NCBI GenBank assembly: GCA_963705255.1
Contig: OY970061.1
Span: forward strand, 1,472,001 to 1,536,000
Source of the DNA: an uncultured Methanoregulaceae archaeon
GTDB taxonomy: Archaea > Halobacteriota > Methanomicrobia > Methanomicrobiales > Methanospirillaceae
Reading direction: 5' to 3'
Length of the DNA: 64,000 nt
The notes under the pieces were generated by a model. The model did not search any database. It was not told the DNA's origin and saw only the letters and a list, made by a program, of their open reading frames with translations. Positions within the stretch are counted from its first letter, which is position 1; every line of letters starts with the position of its first letter. Below, piece after piece: positions 30,969 to 43,439 of this stretch. Position numbers and translations under genes: made by a program.

Positions 30969-32023
30969 AACGAATTGATCACCGTCAAGAACCGTTCGTT
31001 CTCCCAGTCCTCGCCGACACTCACCCGGATATAATGATCGGGCAGTCCGGTGAAACTCCGGCAGGAGCGGATGACAACCCCCTGGCGGGCGAGTTCTTCT
31101 GCCATCCGGTCCCCGGTATGGGGCCTGACATCGACCATGACGAAGTTCGCGTCGGATGGCAGGACCGGGAATTTTACTTCTTCCGTGAACTTCTCCCGCC
31201 ATCTCCTGACCTGAGCGATATACCGCTCTGCGTGGTCCCTGTCCGGAAGTGCGGCGGCCGCGGCAGCAGCAGATACGGAATTTACCGTGAACGGCGTACT
31301 GGCACGCTGGTACCAGGGCGGGAGCCAGCGCGGGGTGAACGCATACCCGATGCGCAGCCCGGCAAGCGAGTGGACTTTGGAAAACGTCCTCCCGAGTACC
31401 AGGTTCTCGTGCTTTTTCATCAGCGGGAGATAATCGCAGTCCGAGAATTCAATATAGGCATTGTCGAGGAAAAGGACCCCTTCGATCCCTTCGAGAATCT
31501 CTGCAACCGTTTCGACAGGGGTTGCGTTCCCGGTCGGGTTGTTCGGAGAGCACACGACGGTAATCTTTGCCGGTCCGGCTGCACGGATCAGTTTTTCCGG
31601 GTCGACCGAGAAGTCCGGTTCGCGGGGCACGGGGATGATACCGGCACCCTGCCCCATGGCGGCGAGGGCGTAGAACGAGAACGTCGGCGTGGCAATGACC
31701 ACCTGCTCCCCGGGCTCCACCAGCGTGCGGATCAGGGTCTCGATGACCCCGTCCATCCCGACGCCGGTGACGAAGTGGTAATCGCCATAGTACGCCCTGA
31801 GCGCGTTCATCAGCACGTTCACGCGCTCGTCCGGGTAGCGGTTGACCTTCAGGAGTGCTTCTTCTGCCGCTACACATGCGGCCGCCGATAGAGGTTCGGG
31901 GTTCTCGTTGCTTGCAAGCCGGGCGATCTGCCCGAGGCGGTACTCCCGCGCAATATCCTCCGCTTTCTTCGCGAAGACGTATCCGCTCTTCTTTTTATAG
32001 CAGGACCTGACCAAGTGCTCCAT
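30965..32023 (-). CDS. hisC: Histidinol-phosphate aminotransferase
   Basis: LASNEN, RYP, SPNNPTG, DNAY, RTFSK..LAGLRIG. Confidence 0.93.
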   Translation of the reverse strand: MEHLVRSCYKKKSGYVFAKKAEDIAREYRLGQIARLASNENPEPLSAAACVAAEEALLKVNRYPDERVNVLMNALRAYYGDYHFVTGVGMDGVIETLIRTLVEPGEQVVIATPTFSFYALAAMGQGAGIIPVPREPDFSVDPEKLIRAAGPAKITVVCSPNNPTGNATPVETVAEILEGIEGVLFLDNAYIEFSDCDYLPLMKKHENLVLGRTFSKVHSLAGLRIGYAFTPRWLPPWYQRASTPFTVNSVSAAAAAAALPDRDHAERYIAQVRRWREKFTEEVKFPVLPSDANFVMVDVRPHTGDRMAEELARQGVVIRSCRSFTGLPDHYIRVSVGEDWENERFLTVINSL

Positions 32024-33145
32024 CAATCACCCTGACCACGCGGTCAATCTCTGAATCGCTGATCGTGAGCGGCGGGACGAGCCGCAGGTTCCCGTCCGCC
32101 GCACAGTTGACCAGCACCCCCTCCTCCCTGCAACGCTTCTGGATATCCGGGCAGGCATCCCCGACGCTGATGCCGATCATCAGTCCCCGGATGCGGGGAT
32201 GATACTTTTTGAGGCCCTGACCGAAACGCTCGCCCTTGCGGCTTACCTCGGGAAGGATCTTCTCGATCACGCCGATGGTGGCAAGTGCTGCCGAGCAGGC
32301 AAGAGGCCCCCCGGCAAAGGTACTCCCGTGCTCGCCTTTCCTGAACTCAATGCCTTCGCGGGCAAGGAGCGCCCCCATCGGAAAACCGCTTGCAATTCCC
32401 TTGGCAAGCGTCACGATATCTGGGGTAATCTTCGTGTGCTGCATGGCAAGCCACTTTCCTGTACGCCCCATCCCGGTCTGCACTTCATCGACGATCATGA
32501 GGGCCCCGGTCGTGTCGCATGCTTCCCGGATGCCCTCGAGAAAACTGTCGGGAGGTATGATAACGCCTGCTTCACCCTGGATCGGTTCCACGATCACGCC
32601 GGCCGTATCCTGGTCGACAACCTTTTTGAGCGCGTCCACGTCCCCGTATTCGACGAACGTCCTGATCAGCCCGAGCGGTTCGAATGGTTCGCGGATCGAC
32701 GGCTTGTGGGTAACTGCGAGAGAACCTACCGTCCTCCCGTGAAACCCGTGGGTGAAGGCGACAAACTTTTTCTTTCCGGTCCTGACCCGGGCCAGTTTGA
32801 GGGCCCCGTCGGTTGCTTCCGCCCCTGAGTTGGAGAAGAAGGCCTTATGCATGCCGGTGATCTCCACCAGTCTCTTTGCCACGTCTCCCTGGTGCGGAAC
32901 ATAATACAGGTTGGAGCAGTGGATCAGCCGGTGTGCCTGGTCGCAGATCGCCTTTACGACTGCCGGGTGGCAGTGCCCGGTGCTACAGACGGCGATACCC
33001 GCCACGCAGTCAAGGTACTCATTCCCGTCTGCATCCCAGACTTTCGTCCCTTCTCCCCGGACGATGGCCATGTCGCGGGAGAAAGCGGGCATATAGTAGC
33101 ATTCATCGAGCTCCTGTACTGGCGTGTTGTATCCATTGTTACCAT
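31995..33145 (-). CDS. argD: Acetylornithine aminotransferase (class III), probable frameshift near 33115
   Basis: NSGAEA, FHGRT, EPIQGEAG, DEVQTGMGRTG, AKG, HGSTF; the N-terminal MVTMDTTRQY lies in a different frame from ELDECYYMPAF. Confidence 0.9.
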
Positions 33146-33184
33146 ATTTTACATCCGGATTTTTCTTTTCCCTTTGTCTGTCAA

Positions 33185-34102
33185 TTATTCATATTCGATC
33201 GTTGCCGGCGGTTTTGCCGTGATGTCATACACCACTCTCGCAACACTTGGGATGTCGGACGTGATCCTCGACCCGATTCTCACCAGCTGGTCGAACGGGA
33301 TCTCCAGCGGGTCCGCGGTCATGCCGTCCCGTGAATTCACCGCACGGATCGCGATGATCCACCCGTGGATCCGGTTGTCCCCCTTGACTCCGGTACCGAG
33401 CCCGAGGAGGGCCGCAAAGCACTGCCACGGGCGGTACTTCTCGACGAGTTCGTCCTCGACGATCCAGTTGGCTTCCCGGATGACTGCAACATTTTCCTCC
33501 GTCACTTCCCCGAGCACCCGTACCGCAAGCCCGGGCCCCGGGAACGGCATCCGGTGCTGGATCTCCTTTGGCAGGCCAAGGGCCCCGGCCACTTCCCGCA
33601 CTTCGTCCTTGTACAGGTCCCGGATCGGCTCAATCACCTTCGTGAACTCCATGTGGAGCGGCATCCCGCCGACATTGTGGTGGCTCTTGATCCCGCCTTC
33701 GCTCTCGATTCGGTCCGGGTAGATGGTCCCCTGCAGCAGGCACGTTGCCCCCTGCTTCCGGGCTTCCCGCTCAAAGACGCGGATGAACCGTTCCCCGATC
33801 GCCTTCCTCTTGGCTTCGGGATCGGTAATTCCCCGGAGGGCTTCAAGGAACTCGTCGCCCGCATCCACGACCTGCAGGTGAATGGCATCGAAGATCGTCC
33901 GGATCCGTTCCGTCTCGCCTTTGCGCATCAGGCCGGTATCGATATAGATCGGGATGAGACGGTCCCCGATTGCCCGGGCCGCAAGCGCCGCACAGACCGA
34001 GCTGTCGACACCGCCGGACAAGGCCATGACGACCCTGTCATCTCCGGCAGCTGCCATGATCTCGTCGATGGATTCCCGGATAAATTTCTCCGTATTGACC
34101 AT
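33185..34102 (-). CDS. guaA: GMP synthase, ATP-pyrophosphatase subunit B
   Basis: [37 protein letters not shown]; no GATase domain. Confidence 0.95.
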   Translation of the reverse strand: MVNTEKFIRESIDEIMAAAGDDRVVMALSGGVDSSVCAALAARAIGDRLIPIYIDTGLMRKGETERIRTIFDAIHLQVVDAGDEFLEALRGITDPEAKRKAIGERFIRVFEREARKQGATCLLQGTIYPDRIESEGGIKSHHNVGGMPLHMEFTKVIEPIRDLYKDEVREVAGALGLPKEIQHRMPFPGPGLAVRVLGEVTEENVAVIREANWIVEDELVEKYRPWQCFAALLGLGTGVKGDNRIHGWIIAIRAVNSRDGMTADPLEIPFDQLVRIGSRITSDIPSVARVVYDITAKPPATIEYE

Positions 34103-34112
34103 GGATCCCTCT

Positions 34113-35690
34113 CTATTTCGTCCTCTGGTTCGCCCGGCACGCTTCCACGAAACCGAGGTACGGGGGACGGCTGGGTCGGGCGGGACTTGAACTCGGGGTG
34201 GAACTGGGTGGCAAAGTAGAACGGGTGGCCGGGCAGCTCCATACACTCCATCCGGTTCCGGTTGGTAGCCGAGAAGACAAGCCCGGCCTTCTCAAGCCGG
34301 GCGATGTACTCCGGGTTCACCTCATACCGGTGGCGGTGCCGTTCGGTGATCTGGCGTTCGTTGTATAATTTGAGCGCCAGGGTTTTTTCCCGCATATCGG
34401 CAGTATAGTTGCCAAGCCGCATCGTCCCGCCGAGTTCGTGGAGCCCTTCCTGTTCCGGCAGGAGGGCGATGACGTGAGAACCGTCGCCGAATTCTTCGCT
34501 GGTCGCATCCGCAATACCTGCCTTGTTCCGGGCATATTCGATGGTTGCGAGCTGGAACCCGAGACAGAGCCCGAGGAACGGGACATTGTTCTCGCGGGCA
34601 AACCGGATCGCCTCGATCTTTCCCTCGATGCCCCGCTTGCCGAACCCCCCGGGGATCAGGATGCCGTCATAATCCTTGAGCTGGCACCGCTCGTAGCGTT
34701 CCGCATCCAGCCACGCGATCTTCACTTCCGTGGAAAGCGCCCTCCCGGCATGTTTGAGGGCCTCCTTGATACTGATGTACACGTCCTCGATGCCGTACTT
34801 GCTGACGATCGCAACCGTGACACGGTTGGTGTATCCTTGGTCACCAGCCGGTACCAGTTGGTATCGGCCTCCTTTTTGTCCAGCCCGAGGTGGAGGGTCA
34901 GCACATCGGCAATGCCCTCTTTCTCCATCTCCATGGGGACTGCATAGGTATCCGGGACGGTTGCGGCAGAGATAACCGCACTCTGGGGGAGATCGCAGAA
35001 CGCCGAGATCTTTCTTTTCGTGCCTGCCCCGATAGGGTTCTCGCTTCGGCCGACGATGATGTCAGCATGCAGGCCCAGCTCCCGTAACGCCTTCACTGAA
35101 TGCTGGGTCGGCTTGGTCTTCATGTCCCCCATCGTATCTTCAGGGATAAGGGTGACATGGATCAGGACATAGTCGTGGGCGGGCAATTCGCCCCGCATCT
35201 GGCGGATGGCCTCAAGGAACGGCATGCTCTCTATGTCCCCCACCGTGCCGCCGACCTCGACGAGACAGACGTCCGCCCTGGTCCCGTCCGGGAATTCCTC
35301 TTCTGCAGCCTGCTGGATGCACTTCTTGATCTGGTCGGTGATGTGGGGGATGATCTGCACCGTTTCTCCGAGGAAATCGCCGCGGCGCTCCTGGTCGATG
35401 ACCGTGCGGTACACTTTCCCGGTGGTGATATTATGGGAGGCAGTGAGCTCGATGTCGAGGAACCGTTCATAGTTGCCGAGGTCGAGGTCGACTTCGCTCC
35501 CGTCCTTGAGTACGAACACCTCGCCGTGCTGTGCCGGGTTCATGGTGCCCGCATCGATATTGAGGTACGGATCGATCTTGACTGCCGTGACGCGGTAGCC
35601 CCTGTTCTTCAGGATGCGCCCAACGGACGCTGCAGTGATGCCCTTTCCAAGACCACTCATCACACCGCCGGTAATAATGATGTATTTCAC
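34113..35690 (-). CDS. pyrG: CTP synthase, frameshifts near 34835 and 34165
   Basis: [49 protein letters not shown]. Confidence 0.95.
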
Positions 35691-35874
35691 AGTGAACTCC
35701 CCGATTGCTTTACAATTTGCTCACAATACCTATTAGTGTTATCTTATCGCGGTGAAAAACGATTTTCGGCAAGATTCCGGCAGGATACGTTCCGCAGACC
35801 TTCGCGTTTTTGCATTCCCGGCACGGGTGCTTCTGAAGCAACATTAATTTATGGAAAAACCCAAACCGGTAACC

Positions 35875-36579
35875 ATGAAATTCAGACAGATTGCCGGCAT
35901 TCTGGCAATAGTACTATTTTTCTGTCTTGCATACCCGGTTGCCGCGGCGACAGCTACGGACAACGCGACAGACTTCTACAACAAGGGGGTAACGCTGCTC
36001 TCATCGGGGGATTACGGGCAGGCGATTACCTTTTTCGACCAGGCCCTTGCGTCGAACACGAGCTCGATCAAAGTAACAGGTGGCCTCCTCTATACGTACC
36101 AGGGCAAGTCCTATGCCCAGATCCAGATGGGGATGTACAATGATTCGCTCCTGACCCTTGATCAGGGGCTCGCACTCTATCCCAATGACAGCATGCTCTG
36201 GAACAACAAGGGCTACGCACTCTTCCTGCTCGGCAAAAACCAGGCTGCCCTCACGGCCTATGACCAGGCAATCAGCCTCGATCCGAATGATACGAACGCC
36301 CTGATCAACAGAGGAAATGTCCTCTCCGAAATGGGACGTTCCCAAGAGGCAGTTGATTCGTTTACTGCAGCAAACCAGACCGATCCGGGCAATTCCGCCG
36401 CTATGGCCGGCCTGGTCAAGGCCCAACCGGCTGCTGCCGGCTCAATGCATACAACGGTGATCGTCGTGATCGTTGTCCTGGTTGTCGCTGCAGTCGGAGT
36501 TGTCTGGTACGTGAAGTATTACCAACCCGGGAGAACAACGTCGTCAGAAAAGAAAGAGAAAGGAAAGAAGAAAGAATAA
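35875..36579 (+). CDS. Extracellular TPR protein with signal peptide and C-terminal membrane anchor
   Basis: Signal peptide; YNKG/WNNKG/INRG TPR repeats; C-terminal TM followed by a basic tail. Confidence 0.88.
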   Translation: MKFRQIAGILAIVLFFCLAYPVAAATATDNATDFYNKGVTLLSSGDYGQAITFFDQALASNTSSIKVTGGLLYTYQGKSYAQIQMGMYNDSLLTLDQGLALYPNDSMLWNNKGYALFLLGKNQAALTAYDQAISLDPNDTNALINRGNVLSEMGRSQEAVDSFTAANQTDPGNSAAMAGLVKAQPAAAGSMHTTVIVVIVVLVVAAVGVVWYVKYYQPGRTTSSEKKEKGKKKE

Positions 36580-36606
36580 GTGAAAAAGAATAAATTTTTC
36601 GTATTT

Positions 36607-37029
36607 TTACGGATTTGTTGTAACAGCGAATGCCGCAGATGTCCGGGAGAGCAGGGTCTTTTTATCGTCGTCCGCCCGGACTTCACCTTCGGTGAATGCG
36701 ACACGGCGCCCTTTCCGGATCACCCTCCCTTCGGCAAAAATCACCCCGTCCCGGGCCCCCCTGACAAAACTCGTTGATTCCGAGATGGTTGCAATTCCTT
36801 CCTGTTCCGACAGGAGCGGATAGATGGCCAGTGCCATAGCCTCGTCGGCAATAGCCGCGAGCATCCCCCCCTGCAGCCAGCCGACCCCGTTGTGCATGTC
36901 GGGGCGGACCTGCATTTTCAGCAGGGATTTACCCGGCTCCACGCTCACCACTTCAATCCCCATAAGGCAAAAAAAAGGGTTTGCATATTTCCCGTCTTTT
37001 TTGATCTTGTCCAGATATGACATGGTCAT
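36607..37029 (-). CDS. PaaI family thioesterase (hotdog fold)
   Basis: HNGVGWLQGG..IADEAM; IRKGRRVAF. Confidence 0.88.
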   Translation of the reverse strand: MTMSYLDKIKKDGKYANPFFCLMGIEVVSVEPGKSLLKMQVRPDMHNGVGWLQGGMLAAIADEAMALAIYPLLSEQEGIATISESTSFVRGARDGVIFAEGRVIRKGRRVAFTEGEVRADDDKKTLLSRTSAAFAVTTNP

Positions 37030-37225
37030 TCTAGGAGGTTTCTGGTCTGAGAGGATTAAGATTGTCCCTGTGCCCGGACCAGGCCCGGGAATCTCTCCGA
37101 AAAAGAGGTCGAGCGGTTCCTGCCGGTAAAAAGATACCAACATATTTTATCACACGCAATGATAGTATGATAAAGCACCCGGCATATTCCTGTGTGCATG
37201 TGAACTTCCCCCGGGGGTTTCTTTC

Positions 37226-37993
37226 ATGACCGATAAAGAGACGGTATCAATCTCGACAGATCCTGTATTTTTAAAAGAACTGTCAGAGTACCTGGAAGTC
37301 CTGTCGAACCCGATCCGGTTGAAGATACTCAAAGTCATTGAGAAACAGCCAAAAGAGATCAGCGAGATCGCTTCGAGTATCACCACAAGTTACGCCAACA
37401 CGAAGAAACACATAGACCAGCTCGTCCGGATCGGTCTCGTGAAAAAAGAGGCGGGATTCGGGAGGGAGACGGCAAAGGGTATCCACCCGGTCTGGAAATT
37501 TTCCCTCGTCGATGGCGGACTCGAGATGCTCATCAGGAACCTGGGCGTTTTTTCGAGTGTCAACATCCCCATGGGGTATGGGGATATCCATACGCGTATT
37601 GAACCGGTACGAAAAGCAATTCTCCTGGAATCGGGGCAGAATTTTCCGGCCCTCCATCTGGTGGAGGGTGACCAGGCAGGACGGACATTTCTGATCAGGA
37701 AGGACCGGGTCAGCATCGGGAGGTTCGACCCGGATTTCCCGGGCCATGCCAGGGAGGGGGACATCGTCCTGCCTGAGAATTACGTGGTGGTGACAAGGAT
37801 AACCAAGCCCCACGCGATTATCTCCCGGACGGGCAAGGAATGGTTCATCGAGGACCGTGGGAGCTCAAGCGGGACCTATGTCAACGCTGAGCTGATCGCA
37901 CCGATGTGCAGGACCGGGCTGAAAAACGGGGATGTCATCGATCTCGCGATTGGTGACAGTTCAGCACGGTTCCTCTTCGTCGTAAACGAGTGA
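37226..37993 (+). CDS. ArsR-type HTH plus FHA domain protein
   Basis: LSNPIRLKIL..SEIA..KHIDQL..GLV wHTH; FHA motifs IGR..TR...H..IEDRGSSSGTYVN..L.NGDVI. Confidence 0.88.
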   Translation: MTDKETVSISTDPVFLKELSEYLEVLSNPIRLKILKVIEKQPKEISEIASSITTSYANTKKHIDQLVRIGLVKKEAGFGRETAKGIHPVWKFSLVDGGLEMLIRNLGVFSSVNIPMGYGDIHTRIEPVRKAILLESGQNFPALHLVEGDQAGRTFLIRKDRVSIGRFDPDFPGHAREGDIVLPENYVVVTRITKPHAIISRTGKEWFIEDRGSSSGTYVNAELIAPMCRTGLKNGDVIDLAIGDSSARFLFVVNE

Positions 37994-37999
37994 AGTCTG

Positions 38000-40003
38000 A
38001 TGGCGGACCAGGGAGCTTCCGGAGTTCGGCGGCTGGCAATGGTGAACAGGTATTCCACCCTGGCAGCCGTTTCCATCCTGGTTATCCTTCTGGCAGCATC
38101 GCCGGTCTCTGCCAAAGTTTTCATATATGACGGGAAAAGCAGTGCCGGTTCCATCCAGGACACGATAAACAGTTCAAGTAACGGTGACAGTATCTTTCTT
38201 GCGGGTGGGAAATATTACGAAAACGTGGTGATCGACCGCCCGATCGTCTTCAGTGCGCTGGATACCGGAAACCCGCCCGAAATTATCGCGGGGGGACCGG
38301 GTGCAGGGATCGTTCTTGCAGCTGACGGAATTACCCTGAACGCGGTAAATCTTTCGGGGAATGCCCAGTACGGGCTTCTCGTCCAGTCGAACAACAACCG
38401 GATCAGTGCGATAACTATCGACGGGTTTGATCACGGCATGGGCCTGAGAACAGCATCAAACAACATCATATCAGGCAACACGTTCGTGAACAACAGTATC
38501 GGCGTTGAGGTCGACCGTTTTTCCCATACCAATACGTTCTTTCTGAACCGGTTCGACAATCCCGATGAAGTCGCCAGCCAGTCAAACGATAATGCATGGT
38601 TCTCCGGCCGCCAGGATTACCAGTACCTCGGTCGCGATATTACCGGCCCGATCGGGAATTCATGGGCGGGCTACACAGGTGCCGACAGACTATGGTGATG
38701 GGATCGGGGATACGCCTTACACGATAAACGGCTTCCCTGTCTCGCTCGGGGAAACACCAATCGTCGACCGCGCCCCCCTTGTGAGCGGGCCGGAATCCTA
38801 TACGCTCGTGAGATCCGCAGGCCTGGTAAACATAACAGGAATGGACCAGCTTGTCAAACTGCCGGAAACTTCGGCGGCTGGACAGCCGGGTACCCAGCAA
38901 CTCCCGGGGGTTCCGGTGCAGGCAGAATATGGTAATTTGCCCCAGACCGGGCAGGCGAATACCGCCGGGCCTCCCTCCCCGCTTCTCGTCACGTTGATCC
39001 AGTTCTGGTGGATCATCCCGGTTGCCATCATCCTGTCAGCGGGAGCGGGTATCTGGTTTGAACGGACCCGAAAGAGGGGAGTTCCTGCCGGGAATGCAGC
39101 TATGCGCCGGGCATGTCACCACGGAACGTTACTCTCGTCAAAAAACCCGGTCCCGTCAGGGACGAGAACGCCGGTTCCCCCGAACCCTATTATGCAGTCC
39201 GTCTCCCGCCCCAGCTGGAGAAAAAATATCCCGGGGCAGAATATATGGGCGAGGGCGGGGTCGGCAGGGTATTCCGGGCATGGGATCCGGAAGAGCGGAG
39301 GGAGATCGCGATTAAGGTCCCGATCCGGTTTGACGAGGTGACCGGCACGCAGTTTACCAGGGAACTCCACATCTGGCAGGGGCTCCACCACCCTAACATC
39401 GTCGAGATATACGCAGCAAACGTCTTTCCCATGCCGTACATCGAGATGGAGTATATCGGGTCGTCCCTGGCAACCATGAAATTTCCTCTCGGGATTAACC
39501 GGGCGGCCGCAATCATTTCTTGGGTTGCCGAAGGGTTGCGGTATGCTCACGAACGCGGGATCGTCCACCGTGATATCAAGCCGGAGAATATTCTGATAAC
39601 ACCTGAAGGTATTCCGAAGATCACGGACTGGGGACTTGCAAAGGCCCTCGCGGACACCAGACAGACGGGAGCTATCAGTTTTTCCATGGATTATGCCGCG
39701 CCGGAACAGCTAGCACCGAATATCTATGGGGATTCCGGCCAATGGACAGACATTTACCAGCTCGGGGTCCTTTTCTACGAGATGGTCTATGGCAAGGTAC
39801 CTTTCAGAGGCGATGGCATGGGTGAGGTGACGCAGTCAATCCTTCATGAAGAGCCGGTGTTCCCGGAACTGAACGACAGGAATTCCAGATCCATCCTCGA
39901 CATTATCAAAAAATGCCTACAGAAGAAACCCCAGGAACGGTATACTTCGGTTGCAGAACTTATTTCCGATCTCAACAGCCTGGATCTGTCTCAACAGTCC
40001 TGA
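38000..40003 (+). CDS. Receptor-like Ser/Thr protein kinase (NosD/beta-helix ectodomain, TM, Hanks kinase), frameshifts near 38685 and 39105
   Basis: Signal peptide, SIQDTIN..GD.I, beta-helix repeats, GN.W..GDGIGDTPY, one TM, then GEGGVG, AIK, HRDIKPEN, DWG, APE, DIYQLG. Confidence 0.82.
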
Positions 40004-40521
40004 TCGTTCGTGACAGAAAACCCGGGATTCATCAGGCAATTTCTGATCCCTCCCCCACTTTTTTTTTACAAGTTGGTGGCAGTTACCTGGATATATCCGG
40101 TCAGTTGAAAATAATGAGGTGCCGGTTGAACATGCTCAATGAACTGGCTGATAATCCCGATTCCTGCAATATTCTCTAAAATCTACTTACTGTCCGGTCA
40201 TTTTTTCGAGGACCTGGAAAACCCGCGTGGTTTACGTGAATATTCCGGAAACAGGAAGATGGTCTAACTGTAGAAAGACTCTGTTCACCGGTATCCTGAC
40301 AGGGATGGCATCTTTGCATGTCCAAAAAAATGGATGTTCCCCGGACGGATACGGAGGATACGTCAGGCAGGGTCTGCGGGGCTGCATGTTCTGTGGTTCG
40401 GTTTTTGACAGGGGCCAAAAACCACCAGGGGGAGAAAAATCTCTCACACCCGCCCTCTCGATACAAACGGGTATATCGTTACCGGTTTGGCACTTGCGTT
40501 CTCTCTTTCATTACCCGGGCG

Positions 40522-40902
40522 CTACGAGCCCGATGCGGGTGTCCCGGATGGGGGTGTACCGGATGGGGGTGTACCGTTCATCATTGCACCGCCGGGAGGT
40601 GTACCGGATGGTTTCGTGCCGGATGGCGGTGTACCGGACGGTGCTGTCCCGTTCATCATTGCACCACCGGGAGGTGTACCGGATGGGGCAGACTGGTTAA
40701 CCTGGGGCCCGTTTCCGCTTTTCACTGGCTGGTCGGCAGATTGCGTTGACGTTGAACCTGACTGATCCTGCACTGCCGTGGATGTCGGATTTCCAGAGGA
40801 CTGGGTAGATGAACTTCCGGCGTCCTGCGTGCAACCCGCTGTTACCAGTGCTGTCACAAGGATTGCTGATGCAATCAACATGAGAATGCTGCTCTTTTTC
40901 AT
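40522..40902 (-). CDS. Small lipoprotein-like protein with a GTPPS repeat tail
   Basis: MKK, hydrophobic stretch, TAGC lipobox; 15-bp repeat units and a 75-bp duplication. Confidence 0.75.
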   Translation of the reverse strand: MKKSSILMLIASAILVTALVTAGCTQDAGSSSTQSSGNPTSTAVQDQSGSTSTQSADQPVKSGNGPQVNQSAPSGTPPGGAMMNGTAPSGTPPSGTKPSGTPPGGAMMNGTPPSGTPPSGTPASGS

Positions 40903-42228
40903 GGGATATTTCTCCTGAAATACCGGGGTACATACCATTTTTATGTACTACCGGATAGGTTTTTAACGGCCCGAGACCGGGTCGTTGCCTGGAGAACCGT
41001 ATGCTTTCGCAGCCAGCCGCATGATCCATTCTTATCGAGAGGAGCATGGGATGAGAACTCCAGGCATTCCTGACTTTTTCACTATCATCCTTTGTTGAAT
41101 GATCTCCCTTTGGGGATCATCCTCCATCACAATTCTTTCGGGCAGTATTATATTCAAAGCATGAAAGCAGTGATATAATGGAAAAAAGCCGTCATTCATT
41201 CAACCGGCAGGTGAATATTATCAATAGACTGACATCCAGGCCAAACCGTACCCGCATGAAACCGGTATCATGCAACATTCTGGTTGTATCAGACGCATTG
41301 CCCCGTTTTTACCGTTCGCGAAGAAATGTTTTAAAAAAGAGAGGGTGATGCCAGGGTGGGAGGGGATTGATGTTCCCTGTCCAATCCGGTTGGCGGGCTG
41401 CGCGTTGTGGGTGACGCCACAATCCCATTTCCGGTTGGAGATCCCGGATTTGAGAGCCGGTCTCCCATGCTGCAGGGATGTTTATCATAGAACCTCCGCA
41501 ACGGTGTCCCTGGCTTTCGGGATTCCTGGTAATTCTTGTCTTTGCATTCATCGCGTCCCGCTGATTCCGTACATATCCCCCGGGTCCGGGTGCTGATCTC
41601 CCTGTCCCGGAGGTCCCCACAAAATCATGCTGAGTTCACCTGCGATAAGGACCTGCAATAATCCCTGGCCCATCGCTGGAGACCCCAGTCATGGTAAAGG
41701 TCTTCGGTATCCCTGTAGCATCACGTCCTGGCAAGCACCTCCTTTTTGTAAAACGGTAATCTCATACAGGTATATATTCGAAGTATGAAGTGAGTGATAT
41801 AATGAATTGTGACGAGGAATAATTGAACCAGACAGGTATACATAACCGGACGTGAGGGAATTTCATCCCGGGTGACAGTCAATGGAAAAACATGCATGCT
41901 GACCATAAGACCCGGTGGTGATAAACCTGCAACCGTCTGGCCAGTCTTATTGGCTTCCTTAATTGAGAACGTATTCAGGATGGGAAACTGTCGACAGGAG
42001 TTCCGGGTGAGCATCCCCTGCGCTATTCTCATTCATTCACACGCCTTGTGCCGTCTTCGGATCACCTGTCGCAACAATACCGTTTTTTACCAGGGTTATC
42101 CTCCAGATGACCGCCAGCCGGTTTATACTGTTCCCTGCATCCGATAGCCTGCCAATAAAAATGATCAGCCCCTCTGAACCGCCACTTATCTGACGGAAAG
42201 AGGTACAGGTGTCACGATGCTCTTTCTT

Positions 42229-43439
42229 TTATTCGCTCCTCAGGGCGTCTATCGGGTCCATATTCGATGCCCTCCAGGCAGGGTAGAGCCCTGAAATGAT
42301 ACAGACAACGATACCAATAAGCACACCCGCGGGGATGTAGACGATGCTATCCGGCAGGAAGAAATACTCAGTCGTACCGATCATGTAACTTACCACGGAA
42401 TACCCGATGACAAGACTGCCGATTCCTCCCAGACCGGCACCGATGATGCCAAGAATGAATGCCTCGTACAGGAACATCCGGCGTACTCCCCGGTTTCTGT
42501 CCCGATGGAGAGCAGGATCCCGATCTCCTGCACCCGCTCAATGACCGACATCATCATTACGTTGAAGATGCTCGTGGCAGCGACCAGCAGCGAGATGCCA
42601 CCAATCGCAAGAATGAACGTGGTCATCGTGCTCAGGGTCGATGTGATGCTGGACAACTGGGTACTTGCATCCGAGACCCGCACAACGGGGGTTTTTGCAT
42701 TGGTGTTGAGCTTCGCGGTGATCAGCTCTTCGGTACCTGTTATGTTATCGACGTTTTTCACGATCACATTTACCTGGGGGTACTCATCTTTCCCGCCGTA
42801 CTCTTTTACATACCAATCGTCGGAGACAACGATGGCATTGTCGGTTCTGACACTATCCGCCGCCTGTCCCCGTTCCTTGAGAATCCCGACGATCCTGACC
42901 TCCGAGCGGGATCCTGATGTACTGGATCCTACCTTGATCCTGCTCCCGAGTTTGAGGTTAAAATTGGTGGCGATCGTGGACCCCACAAGAGCATCATTTG
43001 CGCCAACAATGTTTGTCCCGTTCTCAATCGTAAGGAACTCGGTAATATGATCAGGATCAATCCCATATATCATGCCCCTGCCGGGAATAGAACTCAACGT
43101 GAATTCCGTATTTGTCGAATAAACGGGGATTATATTGCTGGCATTTGATCCCGCAGCCTGCTTGATTTTAAGAAGCTGTGTCTTGGTTATAACCGATGAT
43201 GCAGTGGAGGAAGTGGTACTGGATCCCGGCGGACCCATCCTGACAGCATCCGGCGTGATAACAACAGTATCTGCTCCAGCAGAGAGCTGATCTTTTGTCT
43301 CCAGCTGCATGTTGGTCCCGAGCATCCCCATCGTGGAGATGGCGATCACACCAATAACAATACCGATAGACGCCAAGATCGAACGCAGGTAATTCAGCCG
43401 GACACTTCTGACCGAGAGATCGAAGAAAATATCTCTCAT
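42229..43439 (-). CDS. ABC transporter permease (MacB/FtsX-like), frameshift near 42485
   Basis: RSILASIGIVIGV, ER.QEIG, FLYEA, YPAWRA..DPIDALR. Confidence 0.9.

Noticed and set aside
34113-35690. Programmed frameshifting or a pyrG pseudogene
   Set aside because: No consistent slippery motif; indels are spread window-wide, so sequencing error is more parsimonious.
41050-42200. Genes or ncRNA in a 1.1-kb gap
   Set aside because: Short ORFs lack motifs and RBS support, and no recognisable RNA structure was found.
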